From Penicillus capitatus (taxonomy: Eukaryota; Plantae; Chlorophyta): a stretch of DNA of 64,000 nt. This document shows positions 37,512 to 50,613 of this stretch, piece after piece. Location: the NCBI GenBank assembly GCA_965649825.1, contig OZ287705.1, forward strand, positions 186,001 to 250,000. Direction: 5' to 3'. The notes under the pieces were generated by a model. The model ran no database searches and was not told the DNA's origin. It saw only the letters and a list, made by a program, of their open reading frames with translations. Within the stretch, counting starts at the first letter, position 1. The number at the start of each line of letters is the position of its first letter. The translations under genes and the position numbers were made by a program.

Positions 37512-38135
37512 TCAGCTCGTCGACTCGACAGGAACAGGAGAACAGAGCACGGTCCTCTCGTCTACCTTTCGCGAACGTGCCATCTTCCAAAGTCGCGTTT
37601 CCTATTCCGCTGTCGACTTTTTCAACCGTGTCTCCAGGGATAGATGCAACGAATGAACTGGCGGAAGGTGCGTCATGTCTGTGTGTCCGAGAGCTGACGG
37701 CGTGTCTTATGCAGTCGACAGGAAGAATGGAAGCGACAAACTTACGTCATGGATGACCATATTCTGATAACTACAAAGTACCTTCGTTTTCTTCACCGTT
37801 CTTTTCTCGAAACCAATGAAACGCTATGATGACAGAATTTATGCGGAATGTGGAAATTGCTTCAAATCCCAACCAGTCATTCGGTCGTGAACGAACGGAT
37901 CTCTTCTTTGTATAGCGTCTAGTACGCGGCACGTACCCCAGAGATTCAAACGCACCAACATTCGTTTTTGTACACGCAAGTCCGGCAGTTTTGGTTGACT
38001 CCGTGCGTCCTGCAGTCTTCATTAACTCCGTTTCCCCTTCAGCAAAAAACGCATCCGGTTCGGAGAACAAGAGTACACGCTTCTTGACTGACATCACGGC
38101 TCTGATTGTCGCTAGGCAGGCGATTGAGCTCCGCC

Positions 38136-41100
38136 ATGAAACGGCGTTGTCGAATCTTCCTCCTGTTCTTCAGCTTCGCACTAGTGCGACATGCAGTCGG
38201 TCAAAGTACGACGAGCGCGGAAGACCCCCTTCTCTTGACTGCATTTTGCCTGTTTCAGACGTCTGCGATGCGTTCATCGAGGACAATGCATTGGTCGTTG
38301 ACGCGTCGACCGTGCAGGACATTGTCGCCTCGGGCACTTCGTTTCAAGAAGTGGTGAACTGCCTTCGTAACGGCGCTTCGATTCAATTCGCAACGGCGAA
38401 CTTTTTCGCGAACGAAACGATTCGCATTAAGACGAACGTCTCCATCGCGTCCGTCTCTGAAGGAAGGACGACGTTTACCTGTAATGCGAGACCCGTCTTC
38501 GAAATCAGGTTAGCCCATCGTCGTCGTTAGAAGAACGGTGGCGAAGTGCACGCACGTACGTACATAGGAATAAAGCGACGGTCGTCTTCTCCAACATCGC
38601 TGTCGAGCAGTGCGAGTTGGACAGCGTCGACGCTCCGCTCGTGGTTGGTCCGGATGCGATGACCACCCTCAGATCCGTGATGTTTCGGAACAATTCGAAC
38701 GGCAGAGGGGCCAGCAGCATCATGGCGATGGCTGGATCCAGCGTCACCATTGAAGACTCCGAGTTCCGAGACAACGGCGGCGAACTGGGGACGGTGGTCC
38801 TGTCGAACGCAAGCAACCTTACGGTCAGGAACTCGACGTTCTCCGACAACAGAGTCAACAACTCAGAGCACGGAGGCGGCGTCTTTCTCATCCAGGTGTA
38901 CTCTGCCATTTGCAGTTTTCCGAAGAGAACAAATCCGTGGATGATGCAGAGCGAGGAGACGCCGACGACCGTGGCCATAGCAGGGGAGAGCAGATTCATC
39001 AGGAACGAGGCGACCAACGGGGATGGGGGAGTCATCCATCTCTCCGGAGCTGGCGCTTCACTCACGCTCGAGGGAGATGCGGTCTTCAAATCGAACGTCG
39101 CCGGAAGACGCGGCGGCGCCATCTTTGTCTCGGAAGCCAACCTCGTTACGATCAGGGATGCCGCTTTCGTCGACAACGAAGCAGAGGGCAGCGGAGGCGG
39201 AGCGCTGTTCGCCGAGGCAAGTCCTGATGCATGCAATTAACGCAGACCTACATCTGTGCACAGGATCTTAGGAAAGACGTCGTGAACGACATCCAAATCT
39301 CGAACAGCGTTTTCGCCAGAAACCGTGCCAGCGGGTACGGCGCATCCGGAGGCGGAATCTGTCTCCAGGGACGAGGCATACGCTGCGCACTGACCGATTC
39401 GTCGTTCACGATGAACTCGGCACGGCTCGACGGCGGCGCAATGCACGTCTCGGATCAGGCATCGACGACCATCCGCCAGGCGACGTTCGTCGGAAACGAG
39501 GCCATGAATGGAGGCGGCGCGGCGCTCTTCGTACTGGTAAGCCTCTGATCATGTATCGTTCCTCCTCATCGATGTCCTGTCGATGGCATCGCAGTCCCTG
39601 GAGCGCACCAAAGCTTCCATCTTGGACGTCACAGTGACGGACTCCAAGTTCCTCTTCAACCGAGCTCTGTACAACAACCGCGGTGGAGGGTGCTTCGCCG
39701 TCGTCGGCTTTGGATCGAACGTCACCGTTAGCCGTTGCAGCTTCAAGGACAACGATGGAGGACTTGGCGCAGGCGGCGCTCTGTACGCCTTCCGTGGACC
39801 TGTCATCGACATAAAGAAGTCGAATTTCGAAAGAAACAAGGCAGAATGGGGCGGTGCGATTTACGCAGAGGTACTGCACCCTTCGCCAGCAGATCATCTT
39901 GAATCTATGGCTGCTGTAGCACGACGCGTCGCTTGTCGTCAGATCCAGCACGTTTCTGAAAAACTCGGCGAACGAAGGGGGTGCCATGGACGTGTGGGGC
40001 GATGTCGCAATTGAAGTGGACGACTGCACGTTCGAGAAGAATCGAGCAGTAACGGAGGGAGGTGCCGCCAAGGTGCAGAACTTTGCATCCGCCCAATTCG
40101 GTCTGGCCTACTTCCAAATGAACAACAGTCGTGTTCTGGGAAACGAAGCCGGAACCAATCTCTTCGAGGACAGACTCTATGGAACAGAGACGCAGGGAGG
40201 AGGCATCCTCGCCGAAGGCAGCGGGATCGATCTCGAACTGCAGAACAGCACGTTTAGAAGGAATCTGGCTTCCAATGGAGGCGCCTTAAGCATCTACGCC
40301 GTCGCCGCCTGCAACATCGACAGAAACAGCAAGCAAGGATCCAGTGACAGAGTGAGATTTCCGAGAAGTAACGGGGGGCGTTGCTGCAGGTTCCAGAACA
40401 ACGAGGCCACCTTCGGCGGAGCTCTTTTCATTACCGTTGACGAAAACGTCCACTCCACCAGACTTGACGAGTATCGAGTGGCGAGTTCCACGTTTGAAAA
40501 GAACCATGTGGAGGTGGAAGGAGGGGCCATCTACGTGACGACCACAAGAACGGAATCCAACTCAGTATCATTGAATGCGCACACCTATCTGGTTCTCATA
40601 GAAAAGAGCTGGTTTCGGGAGAACACGTGAGCACATCATAATGTCTTCTGCATTTTGACGCATCTCTCTGGATGTCAGGGCGAGACACGGAGGCGGCGCT
40701 CTGTCTGCCATCGGATCCGCCGTGCAGATACATGAAAACGTGTTCAGATGGAACAGCGCTCGAGCGAACTCGACTGATGAAGCGACGCCATTCTTTGGAT
40801 ACGGAGGGGCAGTGCACGTTCAGACAGGGACAACCATCGAATGCAAAGACTCGTTGTTTTCTTCTAACGAGGCAGATGTTGGCGGTGCTGTTTATGTCAA
40901 AGACGGCTCATTCTTCGGAGAATTGCTAAACTTCAGCAAGAATGCAGTTTTTGAAGGAGGCGTCGGCGGCGCTGTGGCAGTCGAGGTTTCGAAAGGACAG
41001 AATATTCCATACATTGCATATCGCAGCTTCCGAAAAATTATATTCCAGTGTGACGGATGCGAATTCAGAAGCAACAACGGTTCTCTGGCAGGAGGTTACT

Positions 41101-44100
41101 GATTGATCTCTTTGTCTTTCGTGTTTTCACTAAATGATCGTGTCTTTAGGTGCTGTGCATGTGCACGACATGGATCCGGCTTCGACATTCGCAAAGAAAA
41201 ACGATCTGATGATCGACGGATGCAAGCGCGGACGGGAAGGAGAATTTCACAGCGAAGACCACGAGCTGACTTGTTTGACATATTGGGTGTTCGTTGGAAT
41301 GGCGAACAATCGTACAGCTCGCTTCAGAAATACGAGTTTTGTCGAAAACACTGCGAAAGCTGGAGGCGCCATTTTCACAAACAACCTCTCGATGATCACG
41401 ATCGTGCCAGATGCCGTAAAATATCTGGATGAAAGTATCACCTATAAGCTCGACTACGTGCTGACGAAGAACAAGACAAAGCATCTCGAGGCGTGCAACG
41501 TGAGCTTTCACGACAATAGCGTTCCTGATGGTGGGTATGGCAAGCAAGTGGCATCGACCCCCTTCGCGGCATTCCTCATCAACCGTGACGAGGAAGGTCG
41601 ACAGGATCCCAGGAAGATGTTCTCGAACAGCTCCTTCCTCAGTGGAGATCGGCTGCGATTCGATGTGGTGTTCAGAGACGGACTGAACGAACCCGTCACC
41701 TTCGCAGACAACCTGACGGCTCACATCAGCTGCGACGAAGAGAGATCGAAGAACAGGTCGGCGGACTGCTCGAAGCTCGAGATTTCTGGACAGGAAACTG
41801 CGCAGGCGAGCGAGAATGGAGTGATGCATTTCACAGCCGTCCGACTGCGAGGACTCAGGAAGAAGACGTACACTCTGCGCATCGAGTACCGCTCGACATC
41901 CGAGCTGCAGACGCTGAACGTGAACTCTTCCTTCGTCCGTGTGACGATGCGACCCTGCAAGATCGGCGAGAGGACAGTCAGCCAGGAGGACGATTACCTG
42001 GAGTGCCAGGAATGCGCCCAGGGCGAGTTTCAGCCGTTTCCAGACAGGCACGAGTGCCTGCCCTGCAACGAAGCCGAGAACCACACCCAGTGCGATGGGA
42101 AGACGATCGTGCCGCGCGATGGATACTGGCACGCCACCTCGTTTTCGTTCGCCGCCCAGCAGTGCATTGGCCACGACGCCTGTAGATCGTCGAAGGAGGA
42201 CGGGGAGACGAGGACTGGGAAGCTCGGAGAGATTGCAGGAGTGGCACACGAACGGGGCGAGCCTCTGCTGCACAACTTCAGAGAGAACAGCACGCTGTGC
42301 AGAAAGGTTATCTAAACACTGCCCCTCCCTCCCTTCAGTGACGTCTTTTCGCTGTGTGCAGGGTTATCAGGGTGTCTTATGCGGCAGCTGCGAGAATGGC
42401 TACGGCAGAGAGGGAAGTGTCTGCCGAAAATGCGGATCGCCTGCTATGCGTGCTTTCATACTGACGATGCTGATCCTCTGGTCGTTTCTGTTCTTCACGT
42501 ACTTCATTCGATCCGTGCTGCTGATGGCCACGCGTATTGAGTTCAACAAGAGATTCAGTCAAGCGAGGATGACGCAAATCAGACATCGGGCAGCGAATTC
42601 CCTTCCATCCACATCACATCTGGATACGCAAGGCGCAACTAGCTATACTCGGAAGGTAGATCTCGAGATGGCGGCGATGTCTTCGGTTCCGGAGGTTGAA
42701 GAACTCTCCTTCAGCGATGCGTGGAGACCAGCTGCAAGCCAGTTGCAGGAACAGAATGATCCAGCAGGAAACGTGACGAGGAAGTTTAAGATGACCCACA
42801 TTGAAAGACTGAACAGACTGAGAGCTGCAACGAGAAGCCAGGGACAGGAAGGTGCTGCGCAAACTACAAGGAAACGACGACGCTTTCGAAAGGGAGGAAG
42901 ATTGGCACAGAAGCTCCAGACACTGCTCAATCCGACCAACTCCAACGTCGCCATCGAGCCCCTGACTCTGGCCAATCCTGTCTCGGAAGTCCTCAAGGTG
43001 CCAGTTCTGTTCGATTATTCCGTGTGCGAAGACCGACTTCGTGTATTCTTCAGATTCTTGTCAACTTCCTCCAAGTGACGTCCGTCGCACTCTTGATCAA
43101 TATCGACTGGGAAGACTCTCTAAGAAGGGCACTCTACGCAATGGGTATGTTCTTAAACATGAAAGCTGGATTGTTCTGTGCTTGAGTACAGGTGCTATCG
43201 GAAATTTCTCTTCCGGCACTGGATACCTTTCATTGGACTGCTACCTCAACGAGAACGGTCATCCGAAGTCCCTCCGCCGGATGACGATCGTCATCCTCTA
43301 TCCGCTGCTGATGTTCGTCGTCTACGTTTTCATGTGGGCAAGCTACAGTCTCATCAGGAGAAGAGGAAAGAGGTACTACACATGACTGACTGGATCCTCA
43401 CAAGACCTTTCGCTGTTCTTTAGTTACTGCGGCCAGAGGATTCTGTTGACGTTTCTGGCGATCAACTACTTCATCTACATCGGCATGACCAAGAACCTGC
43501 TGCGCTTCTTCGCCTGTACGCACGTCAGCGACGACAGGGAGGGATCGAACTGGCATCGCTTCGTCTGGGAAGAGGACACAGATGTCGAGTGCTACGAGGG
43601 TCGCCATGCGTTGCTCGTCGGCGTCCTCGTCCTTCCTCTCCTCCTCTCTGTCACCCTTGGATTCCCCTTAGGGATTCTCATAACCCTCAGACGCAACAAG
43701 AGTCAGCTGAACGACGAGGGTTTCGTCCAGACGTTCGGATTCCTATACAGAGCCTACGACAGATACTACTGGGAAGTGGTCATCATGCTGCGCAAGGCAG
43801 TGATCGCAGCCATCGCAGTGTTCGCCCATCGACTCGGCGCAACGCTCCAGGGCCTCATGTGCGTCCTGGTGATCGTCATCGCCCTGTCGGTGCATCTGGC
43901 GGCGCAGCCTTTTACGCGAGAGATTCCGCAGCTGAACTACCTGGAGACGTGCTCGCTCGCCACAACCATCGCCGTCTTCGTTGCTGGGCTCATGATGAAC
44001 GCCGACACAGTTGACCAGATGGACCGCGTCGCCCTCAGTGTGATAGCGATTCTCTTCGTCTGCTTCACTCTTCTGTTCATCCTGGTTCAGCTAGTGTTCG

Positions 44101-44438
44101 CCACCGAAGAGTTCATCGACATGAAACTGATCGAAGTGAAGGCAATGGAGATCCAGGAGGTGATCGATGCGCATCTGCACGAGAAGGTGCATCGTCTGAT
44201 TCAGCACTACGGAGCAACGGCGATCGTGGCCATCCGAACACTCGTCCAGCTTGTGATAAGGCGTCATCGTCGACGCAGAGAAACCGAAGTCGCTCAAGGT
44301 GTGTATTCGCAAAATACATTCAAAACCATTGGCGAGAGCCGCCTCCATTCATGTTCGAGTGTTTTGTATGAATGCATCTCTGTGTTTCTAGATTCGTTCT
44401 ACCGTCGTGTGGGCGAGACTCAAGCGGACGCAGCTTAA
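38136..44438 (+). CDS. Pmp-repeat / Cys-rich / multi-pass TM receptor-like protein, copy D
   Basis: ATG 38136; same exon layout; more divergent promoter and cytoplasmic loop. Ends ...SFYRRVGETQADAA at 44438. Confidence 0.9.
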
Positions 44439-45845
44439 ACACCTGGTCAGTCTTTTGCCGACATCACAGTGGGGGATGCATACTATGATGTTTCATCACA
44501 TCCTTTTTTATAAGTTGATGTGTTGTTCTGGACGAAAGCGGGCTCAAAGAAGCTCAGAACTCATACCGTTTTTTTAAAACTCCCGCTTTTAGACATAGAG
44601 GTTCGACTATGTATCATCCAGTCGGATTCTCTGTTTTTCTACGTACCAAGATAAACGTGCGGATCGTCTATTTGCGATGATCACCTGCACGAGTGTTTTT
44701 CAAGTGTTTTGGCGCAGAGGATGTTGAGGTACTGATCATATTTAAGCTTATGGATTGCGGTTCTTGTCCGATCTCCGCAGAAACGGTCTTTCCCTCACAT
44801 CATCACGTCTCTTAAAGGACCAAATACCTCGATCGAACGAGCAGGCCAAAAAACACGCTTTGATGTCGACCATCCCATGCGGCGCCGCCATGTGCAATCG
44901 ACGCACACTTCCTTCGACTATTATGCTTGTACGTGTGGATGAGTGCCTGGCACTTGTTCGGGCCGAGGAATCTGCACGGGTCAATCGACATGCGTCGAGA
45001 TGGTTGGCAGACAGTACGTACGCGTTCGTCTGCAGAGGAGATCCGACGCTGCTGAGCCGTCACATCCACATGAGCGTGACAGTCGACGTCGCATTTCGCG
45101 TTAGCGAATCGCCGTTGAGGATGATGTCCAATCTCTAACAGCTGGCAGTGCATCTCCACTGAACCTCCACCAAGAGGCGATCGATTCGACACGTGTGTCC
45201 ACGATGTTCTCAAGAATAGCGCATTTTCGCCAAGAATTTCATCATGACGCAGCGGACCCGACGAAACAGACCGGACGAAAAAGCCAAGCGTCCGTGCACA
45301 AAGCAGACGGCGGCGGGTCTTAATGGCACCCCTGTTCGGTCAACGGCTCTCGCGCCGATTAACGGACGGTGGAACGAAAACGCCGCGCTCAAGGAGTGTT
45401 GCTCTTTTGGGCTTCTCACATGGTCGGATGGACCGAAGGTGCACAGTCAGCAGCTATATAAAAACGTACTGCCATGTCGCTTGCAGCACCCACCGTTCCT
45501 GCTTTTAGATTCCTCGACCTACTTCATTACCTTTCCGCTCCACTTCTTTCGCGATTGAACAGAGAAATCCTCAAGTGACCCCATCACTTCCCGTCTATCC
45601 TGTGCCGTCTAAGGTACCCGCCCACCACATCGTTCCAGCAACACGCGACGCGTTTTCGCCATCGGCCGAACGCATCATCATCGCACACGACTCCCCCCGC
45701 ACCGCACCGTATTCGATAACGCGCGTCTGCACGCGTAACGCACCAATCGAGGCCCTTGACGCCGCCTTTCGTCGCAACGACGCGTCGTCGGATGTTGCCG
45801 ATGTCGATGCCGATGGTCTTATTTTCGTCGTGCGCTGTAGAGACG

Positions 45846-46968
45846 ATGTCGAATCCAAACGCGCTGTCATCCGTGAGGTACTCGGCTCGTCGATGTACGG
45901 CGGCCCATGATATGGTGTTCGTGCAGAGAGGACGGCGTTGCTAATCGAGAGGATGCAAGGGAGCGTCTGGAAAGAGCTGCAAAACGTGGATCTCATTCAA
46001 ATGGGTCACTCTTTTCGACACGGACGTGGCCACTGTCATCGCCACTGTGGTCTGGCACAGCTAACGATCTCCTGAACAGTACTGCGCCGCCGCCAAGTCC
46101 TGCAACGGTCGATGCATCGAAAACGGCAAAGGGCGATATCTTAAGCACACTGAAGCGCCCGACGCCTCGTCTCTATCCATCCCCTTGGCGAGAACACCCT
46201 CATTGCCCTTCCTGCCAAGTACGGCCGCCGCACGTCATCGAGATCTCTCAGCGTTTGGCGTCTGTCCATCAGCCGTCCAAAAACAGCGAGAGCGTGATGA
46301 ACCTTGTCCATGTGCTGTCGCGTCACGACCGCATCAAGCGTCTCCTTCTGTCCGCTTCTGTTGAGTACATCCATAGCGGGACACATCTCAGCAGGGCGTT
46401 GCTGGGCGAGGAGAGAGAGAACGGAGAGGAGGCCTATACGATCTCCGATGTGTTCTTGCGCAACAAGCTTGTGTTTATCTGGCGCGTGGATCAGTGCTGC
46501 CTGTTGAGGATCCAGCTCACGCCGGAGGGACTCACCCCGCTGCCGTTTCACCGTATCCTGGGCGTCTCCGTCAAGGCCGATGGCGCACCGTGGACACCGC
46601 TGTGCGTACGGATCGTGGATGACAGTCCTATGGAGAAGGAGCTCGTGGCGATGCTGGATCCCTCAGAGCTGCACTGCCATCGCCTGCTCGTCCCCTGTCC
46701 CCGCTTTGGCCAAGTGCTGCGCAAATATGTGAAGATACTCGTGCGCGTCGAGTTGGCTCTGGATGAAGACGGCGTGCAGACTGTGGATCTCTATCAGACC
46801 ATCTACTGCCGCATGGTTCGCAGAGATCATCGCATGCCGTTTCGCTACTTTATGCGTCGCTGTCGCAAGGCCTGGGAAGATATGCCGCAGTCGTCTCGCG
46901 ACGCCACCGAGGCCACGTGCTTCGCGATGCACGCGATCGTTGCTTTTCTGAAAGAGAAAATGATGTGA
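45846..46968 (+). CDS. Stand-alone protein with the shared unassigned C-terminal beta-rich domain (D1)
   Basis: Exon 1 MSNPNALSSVR plus a phase-2 intron (~45879-45928) joins ORF 45907..46968. Contains AMLDPSEL...PRFG...KYVKILVRVEL...LYQTIYCRM. No kinase motifs. Confidence 0.75.
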
Positions 46969-48036
46969 CGTGTGCGGAGGCTGTAGAAAACAGAAGAATA
47001 GCTTTGACGATTATGTCGCTGCAAGATGGCTCAAACGAGGAAACGGCTGTGGAGTTTTAGGTACCGCCGCCATTTCGCATGCTCGAAGCATGTGCCAAAA
47101 CGTTCGTGCGATGCAACGTGGAGGACAGACATGTGCAGTGTGCGTCTTTTTTGAGTCCTTTAGCTTTTTGATTACGTTTTCTGACTTTTTTCTTTTCGTA
47201 TAAAAGGGTCATCATGTATAGTCGGTGGGATTTCTGTCCGAGTCTGGTCGTGTACTGGACGGGCAGTTTCATATGGTCTGCAACGCACGAACTCCGCGTT
47301 CGTAGCGTTAAGTTTTGAATTTATTGTCTCACTGGGGTCGTGGTGGTGACCGATGACGGGACTGCTAAACGCAAACGCAAAGTCTGCCATAGATTTCACC
47401 TTTTTTTCTGACATCAGCAACGAGGGCCATTCCCTCGAACCTCACTCAAACATCAAACGAAGCTGTATGGATGTACTTTAGATGTATCTGTCAAACGATC
47501 ATGACGCAAATTGACGTGACGCTTGGGACGTCGTACGGCGTGGAATCGCGAACCACCATCTGAATGCTCGTCAACGCGCCGCCGCCGTTTCCGTAGCGCC
47601 TTGTAAACGCACACTGCGTGCGTACGTGCGTTTGCAGGGCTATGGTTGGTCGAGTGACTTGTGGGTCTGATGATGTATCGATGCATCCCTTGGTGCATGT
47701 TTTACAGACATTCCTCTTCTTGATCAGTTGGTCGTTCACGACAGACACAATCTGAAAAAAATGAAAGACGAATGGCGAAACGCATCATGCAAGTGCACGA
47801 TGTGTATTGCGATGACAAGCGTATCGATCGATCCGATGCGACTCCCTCGAGTCCTTGGTCGATCCCGACGTCATCCATTGGCGTAACCGTCACGCCGAAA
47901 AGAATCCCTGACGCCAGGTTGTTGCTGTCGTCCACTTGCCTCGCATGATAATGAGCAATGATGTGACGTTCTGTACGCGTCGAGATGCATCGTGTCGCGG
48001 GATGTCTTGTCTGAGAGAACTGACCCGCGCCCGTCG

Positions 48037-50332
48037 TCACTCGACATCTGCTGGCCGACACCAAACGGCCCTGTTTCGAATCATGCCCAGCAATCGACGC
48101 GTGCGTCGTTTTGCGTTGCGACGCATCATCTTGCAATAGACGTCCTTGCACAGATCGATCTCCCCGGATATCGCGCCGCTGATGACGATTTTAACGCAGA
48201 TCTCCAATCGCACGTACTTCTCCTCGATCGTCCCGATGCGAACCGACGTCGTTCGTCGCTTGCGCGACATGAAACGCGCCGGTTCGAATAACGCCAGAGC
48301 GACCACGGCATCGCCGTTGCGTCGTTGCTCGATCGAAAGCGTGACAGAATCGCCGTCCGATGGTTTGATCGTGATGGCGTCGATGCTGTCGACACGCACG
48401 TCGCATCCGACATCGGGCGTCGCTTGAACGCGAAGCCGATATACCTTACCGAGCTTCACGCCATAAACGAGATGATCTGGCACGTCGCTGTCATCCAGTA
48501 TCAACGCCTGTTCTCCGCGCCTCATATGAAACGGCAACTCGGGCGCCGCCCTCGACGCAAGGTACTCCATATCGATGAGCAACTTCAAGCGATCGTTTGT
48601 CCACGCCGGTTCGCGCCTTGCCGTCGGATCTGCTCTCTCCTGAAAGGCACGACGGTCCGTTGGCTTGCAACGTGACGGACGCTATGCCTTACCCTCTCTC
48701 GACTGTCCATTCTTTGGAAAACATCCGTCACGGAACGGAACAGCACATCCTCCATCGCCTCCGTCGCCCTCTGTCGATCGTCCGGCTGCGCGCACAGCAA
48801 CGACTGCACGAATCGAAGACTCAGCTCTCCGGCGCTGCACGTCGCGCGTCCCCGGGGATTCGCCGAGAGCCAACGCTGAGACGAGCTGTCCTCCGCGACA
48901 GACACCTGACGCAATGTCTCGACAATATGTTTGCGCAGAGATCCGGCGTTCAAGACAGACGACCCTAGGAACAGACAAGACAGACGATCATTGCGGCGGC
49001 GACAGGAGAGAAGGCGCTCACGGGTCAAGATCTCGAAGGCGATGATACCGAAGGACCATAGGTCTGCCGACACATCGAGCGAAAACGCCTTCTTTCCGAG
49101 CATCTCTGCCTGAATGTGTTCGGGGCAGGAATACCTCCCCGCGCGTTGCCGTACAGCGATCTCTCCTTCTCGAGAGGCATGCTCAATGTCGACCAGTTTC
49201 CACGAGGCCTCGGTGCTGAACCACATGATATGCGCCGGCGTCAGGTTGCCGTGAAGGATACCGCGGGCGTGTATCGACTCCAGCGATTCCAGCACCTAAG
49301 ACAGCGGATAATGTCCATAAGGGACGGCAGGATCGGGCTGCTGACCGAGTACAGAATGGCGCGCTGCTCGATGGGCGAGATCTCCGCGCCGTCCATTTTG
49401 TCGGCGAGTCGGTAGTGGCCCCGTTCGAAAACGAGACACGGCGGGAAGCCGTTCGTCGTGGCGACGACCTCGAGCATCCTGAACGACCAGACATGCGTTC
49501 GCCACGATGCGGGGGTGAAGGCGAGTCGTGCCTGCACACGTGTTTATACTCCGCCGTCAACGCGTGGTGCATTCGGACTGCGTTCTCCAGTTCGGCAGAG
49601 CGTCGAGGGAAGAATTTGAGAAAGACGCGCTGTCCAGTGAATCGATGAATGGCATAACGGCAATGCGGTTTTCCCTGAATGCGCTGCGACTCGATCTTAT
49701 ACCTACACACGCAGGTGACGATCGCAGGCAACGATCTGGTCCATCGTACCTTCCTGCGAAGAGATCGCCATCGTGAAGCGTGATCAACTGCGGATACATT
49801 GCCGTCTCTCTCGCCGTCGCTTCGCGCCCTTCGGTTCGTATCTCACTCTAGCAGCAGCACTTCGTCGTATACATGCCCGTTGGAAGTGGACGGATCGACC
49901 AGCTCGGTAAGGGATGAGCTTGATGGAGTGGACAGTGGATGCGTCGTCGTGGAGAGCTGCGTCGAGATAGGGCTGTCTTTGACATGTGTTCCTTAAAGGA
50001 CGCAAAACGTCGGTTGCGAAGGAGACGCGTAGAGAGATACCCCGTGCGACGCTAAGGGTACGATGCCGCCTGTGGAGGTGGCGTCCGTCCGCGACGTCTT
50101 CTTCGACGAGCATCTCGCTATGGGACGAAACCGAAGGCCCGCGGCGTCCGGTTGCCCATCGCCTTACGGTAGAGAGTTTCTTCACAACGCGTCCCAAAAT
50201 CCCGCCCTTATCGCCAGGGCTTAGCCTCTCAGATACGCCACTCTGTGTTCCCCTTGTCACCGGCGCCGCAGCTGCGTCCGGCACGGGGACTCTTTCGAAT
50301 GTTCTCTCAGATTTTTGTGTTTTGTTCGCCAT
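48037..50332 (-). CDS. Pseudokinase plus shared C-terminal domain (PK1)
   Basis: VFLKFF, FPPCLVFERG, ILHGNLTPAHIMW, WKLVDIE, SCPE, ADLWSFGIIAFEILT; C-terminal ORF 48037..48588; multiple short GT-AG introns. Confidence 0.85.
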
Positions 50333-50613
50333 TCTTCGTCGGCATCATCTTCCTAAAACCCTACACGGTCGGCTAAGTACCATCCGCGGTAGCGGTGGTA
50401 TCTGCAGCCGCGTCAGCGGCATGACGCGCCCTTTACGCGGAAGGTCATGACGTCAAGGTCGTCAGAGACGCGGGCGGATCAACCAAAGCCGTACAGACAC
50501 ACGGTGGACAGCAGACAGTTACTGAAAGCGTTTTGCGTTTGGCCAACGTCAGACCATCGCCACTCTCAACCTGAAGAGAACGCGAACCGCCCACCCGTCC
50601 GCCAAGCGCTTTC

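Larger units (their letters stand above)
1..44800 (+). repeat. Direct tandem array of four gene-plus-spacer units (periods 15300, 13717 and about 12800 bp)
   Basis: The same 288-aa TM exon recurs at 1634, 16934, 30651 and 43446. The first two periods differ by 1583 bp, close to the 1650-bp insertion in spacer 1 minus the 71-bp insertion in spacer 2. Homology of the unit 4 3' flank fades near 44800. Confidence 0.97.

Noticed and set aside
41146-42273. Long antisense ORFs over the receptor exons (also 28490..29473)
   Set aside because: These are shadow ORFs of GC-rich coding sequence, and their extent is not conserved among copies.
44290-44438. Stop-loss extension of copy D
   Set aside because: Explained by a 93-nt in-frame terminal intron; the last exon is homologous in all copies.
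1-44800. The array is purely an assembly artefact
   Set aside because: Units carry private TSD-flanked insertions and distinct intron alleles. Haplotype switching could still add to the mosaicism and needs long reads to exclude.
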